Assembly (NCBI GenBank): GCA_031459535.1
Contig: JAVKIJ010000011.1
Location: 1-52,107 of the forward strand
Reading direction: 5' to 3'
Origin: Candidatus Fervidifonticultor quintus
Lineage (GTDB): Bacteria; Sysuimicrobiota; Sysuimicrobiia; Sysuimicrobiales; Humicultoraceae
Length of the DNA stretch: 52,107 bases
Shown piece by piece: positions 48,340 to 52,107 of the stretch. Every line of letters begins with the position of its first letter. Within the stretch, counting starts at the first letter, position 1. The notes under the pieces are model-generated. The model did not search any database and was not told the DNA's origin. It saw only the letters and a program-made list of their open reading frames with translations. The translations under genes were made by a program, and so were the position numbers.

Positions 48340-49539
48340 GTGATCGAACGGATGCCGGGTGACGCCGGTCCCGTGCGCGTGGGGATGTTCTCCGACTCCT
48401 ACTTGCCGCGCATTAGCGGGGTAGTCCGCTCCATCGAGTCCTTCGTCGCCGAGCTGAGGCGTCAAGGGCACCACGCGTCCATCTTCGCGCCTGGCTATCC
48501 TGGCTACGTGGACCGCGATCCGGACGTCGTGCGCTTCCCATCGGTCCGGGCGCCCGGCGTGCCCGACTTCCCACTGGCCATCCCGCTCGCCCGGCGTTTC
48601 ATCGGGAGCCTGCGAGCGCGGCGCCTGTCGATCATCCATACCCATTCGCCGTTCCAGATGGGGCTGGCCGGGCGGTACGCGGCTCGCCGGTTGCGGGCGC
48701 CGCTCGTCTTCACCCATCACACCATGTACTCCGAGTACGTCCATTATGTGCCGCTGGTCTCGCAGCGGCTCTCCCGCGAAGTGGTCCTGCGCTACACGGT
48801 GAGGTACTGCAACCGGTGCGCGCTGGTGATTGCACCCTCCCACGCCGTGCGCCGGTTCCTGGCGCGATCCGGTGTGCAGACACCCATGGAGGTGCTGCCG
48901 ACCGCTGGGCTCGACCTGGGCCGGTTCGCGCGCCTCGATCCCTCGTGGGTCCGGCCGCGCTACGGCATCCCACCGCACGCGCTGCTGGTGATCACCGTGG
49001 GGCGGCTGGCTCGGGAAAAGCGCTTCGATGTTCTCCTGGCCGCCTTCGCCAAGATTGCCCGCGCCGGGACCGAACGGCTGCTGATGGTTGGCGGCGGCCC
49101 TCAGGCCGGGGAGCTGCGGCAGATGGCCTGCGAGTTGGGGATCGGCGCCCAGGTGGCGTTCACTGGTCCTCTGGAACACGATCGGGTGCTCGACTGCTAC
49201 GCTGCCTCCGATGTCTTCGCGTTCGCCTCGCCCACCGAGACGCAGGGGATGGTGGTTATCGAGGCGATGGCCGCGGGGCTGCCCGTGGTGGCGGTCCGCG
49301 CCGGCGGCGTGGACGAAGCAGTCAGCAACGGCGCCACCGGCTTGTTGAGTCCGCTGGACGTGGACGCCCTGGCCGCTGCGATGCGCCGCATGATGGATGA
49401 CCCCGCGCTCCGACGTCGCTGTGCCGAGGCGGGGAGGAGCGCCGCCCGGCAGTTCGCCATCGAGGAACTCGTGCACAGGCTCGTGATGCTGTACCGGCAA
49501 GTGGGACAGTACTCAGCAACCATCGCAGCGCCCGACTGA
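48340..49539 (+). CDS. GT4 glycosyltransferase, 1,2-diacylglycerol 3-alpha-glucosyltransferase-like
   Basis: VGMFSDSY.P.ISGVV.SI, IIHTHSPF, HHTMY.EY.HY, VGRLAREK, ETQGMVVIEAMA. Confidence 0.85.
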   Translation: MIERMPGDAGPVRVGMFSDSYLPRISGVVRSIESFVAELRRQGHHASIFAPGYPGYVDRDPDVVRFPSVRAPGVPDFPLAIPLARRFIGSLRARRLSIIHTHSPFQMGLAGRYAARRLRAPLVFTHHTMYSEYVHYVPLVSQRLSREVVLRYTVRYCNRCALVIAPSHAVRRFLARSGVQTPMEVLPTAGLDLGRFARLDPSWVRPRYGIPPHALLVITVGRLAREKRFDVLLAAFAKIARAGTERLLMVGGGPQAGELRQMACELGIGAQVAFTGPLEHDRVLDCYAASDVFAFASPTETQGMVVIEAMAAGLPVVAVRAGGVDEAVSNGATGLLSPLDVDALAAAMRRMMDDPALRRRCAEAGRSAARQFAIEELVHRLVMLYRQVGQYSATIAAPD

Positions 49540-49614
49540 ACTCTGCCGCCTGACGGCGGCCGTCGCAGAGCGGGCAGGCCGCGCAGGCGGCCTGAGTCGA
49601 GGAGGAGACACAGC

Positions 49615-52107
49615 GTGCAGCTTCGCCGGCTGGAACTGGTCGGATTCAAGACGTTCGTCGACCGCACAGAGCTGGAGTTTCATCCAGGGATTACGGCCAT
49701 CGTCGGGCCCAACGGCAGCGGCAAGAGCAATATCTTCGACGGGATCCGCTGGGCACTGGGCGAGACCAACGCGCGCATGCTGCGCGGCGCCCGGATGGAC
49801 GACGTGATCTTCTCGGGCAGCGCCACCCGGCGACCCACGGGCCTCGCGTCGGTGGCGCTGACCCTCGACAACAGCGCTGGCCTGCTGCCCGTTGAGTTCG
49901 CGGAGGTGACGGTCAGCCGTACCGTGACCCGCGGCGGCGAGGCGGAGTACAAGCTGAATGGGGTCACCTGCCGCCTGCGCGACATTCAGATGCTGTTCCT
50001 GGGGACCGGGCTCGGCGGACGATCCTATGCGCTCATCGGCCAGGGCGAAGTGGACGCCGTCCTGCGCGCCACACCCGTCGAGCGCCGACACTGGCTGGAA
50101 GAGGCCGCGGGCTTGGCACGCCACAAACGGCAGCGCATCGAGGCCGAGCGCCGGCTCGATCACGCGCGGGTCCACCTGGACCGGCTGACCGATCTGCTCG
50201 ATGAGCTCACCCATCAGCTGGAGGCACTGGCCACACAGGCCGAGGCAGCTACCGCCCATCAGGCCTACACGGCGGAACTGCGCGACCTGGAGCTGGCGCT
50301 GTTTGCCGACGAGGCGCGGCGCCTGTTGGGAGCGGTGCGTCGACTTGGCGGCCAGGTGACCACCGAGCGCGAGCAGGTAGCCGCGTCAGAGGCGCGGGTG
50401 GACGAGGCCGCCGCTTCCGTGGCAGCGACCGAAGCCCAACTCGCGTCCGTGACCGCCGCGTGGGAAGAGGGCCAGCAGGCGCTGCTGGCCGGAGCGGAGA
50501 CGTTGAGCTCCCGCGCCGCCGACGTCCAGGCTCTCGACGCGCAGGCCGAAGGGCTGCGAGGCCGCATCGCGCAACTGTCAGTGGAACTGCGCCGGCTGGC
50601 CGACGAGCACGCCAGCCTCGCCGCAGACGCCAGCGCGCTGGAGCGTGAGGCGGCCGAGGCCGCAGGGCGCCGATCCGATCTGGCCCGTGCCCTCGCCGCC
50701 GCGGAGACGGAACTGGCCCGCACGGCCTCGGCTGCAGAGGCCGCGCGCGCGGCGATGGTCCGGGGCCGCGAGGATGCCCTGGAAGTGGCCCGCACGCTGG
50801 CGCAGACTCGCAGCGAGCTGGCCGCCCTCCAGGCACGTGCCGATCTCACTGCGCAGTCCGTCCAGGCTGCCACCCAGCGCGCCAGTGCGCTCGGCGAGAC
50901 GGCGGAAGGCCTGGCCGCCGACTGTCGGCGCGCTGCTCAGGCCTGCGACGACGCGCGCCGGGCACTGGAGGCGGCGGACGCCGCGGTGGCCGAAGCATCC
51001 CGGGCGCTGGAGATCCTGCGTCGCGAGGCCGCCCTGGCCGCCGAAGCTGCGCACGGCGCCGAGCTGGACGAGCAGCGGCTGCGCGCCCGCCTGGGCGCCA
51101 TCGAGGAAGCCGCGGCCCAGTTCCTGGGGTTCGAGGAGAGCACGCGCGAACTGCTGCTGGCCGCCAGGGCCGCTCCGGGCCGCTTTCCGGGGTTGCGGGG
51201 CGCGGTGGCCGATCTGCTGCTGGTTCCGGACGCTCACCGCGTGGCCGTGGCCGCGGCGCTCGGTGAGCGGCTGCACTGCGTAGTCGTGGACGAGACCGGA
51301 CATCTGCAGCCGGTGATCGGCTTCATCCGGGAGCATCCGAGCCGGCACGGCACGGTTCTGGCGCTCTCCGCCGCGCGTACGCGACGACCCGGCGTGGACG
51401 AGCCCCGGCTTGACGGCGACGTACTGCTCTGGGCGGTTGACGTGGTCGAGTCCGATGATGCCCTGCGCGGCATGGTAGAGGCGCTGCTGGGCGATGTGGT
51501 GATCGCTGAGGATCTGACCGCGGCATGGCGGGTATTCGACGCCGGCTACCGCGGCCGCGTCGTGACCAGGGACGGGGCGGTGCTCACCCCCGACGGCGTG
51601 GTGGCCGTGGGCGGCCGGCCCCAAGGCGAGGCGGCACCGCTGGGCCGCACCCAGGTCATCGCGGAACTGAAGGCCAGCCTTGCTGCCGCCGAAGCCCGGC
51701 GCCGCGAGGTCGGGGGCCGGCGGGACCGCGCGTTCCAGCACGCCGCTGCGGCCGAGCGGCGCCTGCGGGAGGCAGGGGATGCTCGGGCTGCGGCGGCAGC
51801 GGCGCTGGTCGAACGGCAGCGGAAGCTCGCGCACCTTGAGGCAGAGAAGGCGCGGGTGACCCAGGAGGGCATTGCGCACGGCGAGCAGGTCCGTGTCGGT
51901 ACCGCGCACCTTGAGCAGCTGCAGGCCGAGGCCGCTCGCCTGGCTGCCGATGTCGCGGCGCTGGAAGCCGAACTCCAGCAACATGAACTGCGGGTGACCG
52001 CTGTTGCGACTGAACTGGATGCGCATGAGGCCGCGCGCGAGACTGCGGCGGCGGAGGTCGCCGCACGGCGGCTGGCCGTGGTGCAGGCTGAGGGGACACT
52101 GGAGACC
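49615..52107 (+). CDS. smc: Chromosome segregation protein SMC (5' part, runs off window)
   Basis: GAGGAGG SD; MQLRRLELVGFKTF...IVGPNGSGKSN..D.IRWALGE; IGQG Q-loop; EEAAG; coiled coil; hinge GLRGAVADL; absent from ORF track because no stop occurs in the window. Confidence 0.95.
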   Translation, partial: MQLRRLELVGFKTFVDRTELEFHPGITAIVGPNGSGKSNIFDGIRWALGETNARMLRGARMDDVIFSGSATRRPTGLASVALTLDNSAGLLPVEFAEVTVSRTVTRGGEAEYKLNGVTCRLRDIQMLFLGTGLGGRSYALIGQGEVDAVLRATPVERRHWLEEAAGLARHKRQRIEAERRLDHARVHLDRLTDLLDELTHQLEALATQAEAATAHQAYTAELRDLELALFADEARRLLGAVRRLGGQVTTEREQVAASEARVDEAAASVAATEAQLASVTAAWEEGQQALLAGAETLSSRAADVQALDAQAEGLRGRIAQLSVELRRLADEHASLAADASALEREAAEAAGRRSDLARALAAAETELARTASAAEAARAAMVRGREDALEVARTLAQTRSELAALQARADLTAQSVQAATQRASALGETAEGLAADCRRAAQACDDARRALEAADAAVAEASRALEILRREAALAAEAAHGAELDEQRLRARLGAIEEAAAQFLGFEESTRELLLAARAAPGRFPGLRGAVADLLLVPDAHRVAVAAALGERLHCVVVDETGHLQPVIGFIREHPSRHGTVLALSAARTRRPGVDEPRLDGDVLLWAVDVVESDDALRGMVEALLGDVVIAEDLTAAWRVFDAGYRGRVVTRDGAVLTPDGVVAVGGRPQGEAAPLGRTQVIAELKASLAAAEARRREVGGRRDRAFQHAAAAERRLREAGDARAAAAAALVERQRKLAHLEAEKARVTQEGIAHGEQVRVGTAHLEQLQAEAARLAADVAALEAELQQHELRVTAVATELDAHEAARETAAAEVAARRLAVVQAEGTLET

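Noticed and set aside
48035-48340. Integrated element or attB duplication at tRNA-Pro
   Set aside because: Only an 8-nt match to the tRNA 3' end, no integrase, and core genes follow

Overview
High-GC (~70%) bacterial chromosome segment. Gene content and order are Firmicutes-like (T-box ileS, sepF, remA, rqcH, PASTA kinase, smc); an Armatimonadota/CSP1-3-type or related Terrabacteria host is an inference only. Most of the window is housekeeping: natB-like permease, nrdR-nrdJ with tandem NrdR boxes, phnDCE-like ABC transporter, pgeF-yggS-sepF-mtnA, glycosyltransferases, T-box-ileS, dksA-like-lspA-lgt-rluD-pyrR, rqcH, yicC-remA-cmk-priA, def-fmt-yugP-rsmB-rlmN-pknB-rpe-HDAC-rpsA, tRNA-Pro(CGG), GT4 and the 5' part of smc. 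An ~11.4 kb catabolic block sits between priA and def. It holds two unknown-function genes, an FAD oxidoreductase, a family-5 ABC importer without ATPases, a Gfo/Idh/MocA dehydrogenase, an amidohydrolase, an enolase-superfamily enzyme, an RraA/HMG aldolase and a D-cysteine-desulfhydrase-like enzyme. Highlights: (1) a recurring AGG-N4-N11/12-RNNGAA (sigma-H-like) promoter motif in seven intergenic regions, including both arms of the island; (2) the island itself; (3) an unannotated highly structured ~180-nt element after tRNA-Pro; (4) a GIHH-type IleRS2; (5) a PriA lacking Walker A; (6) an archaeal-type Cmk in the gmk position; (7) probable non-canonical starts for lspA and rluD. No CRISPR array, transposase or integrase was seen. 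All family calls are by motif recognition, not database search.
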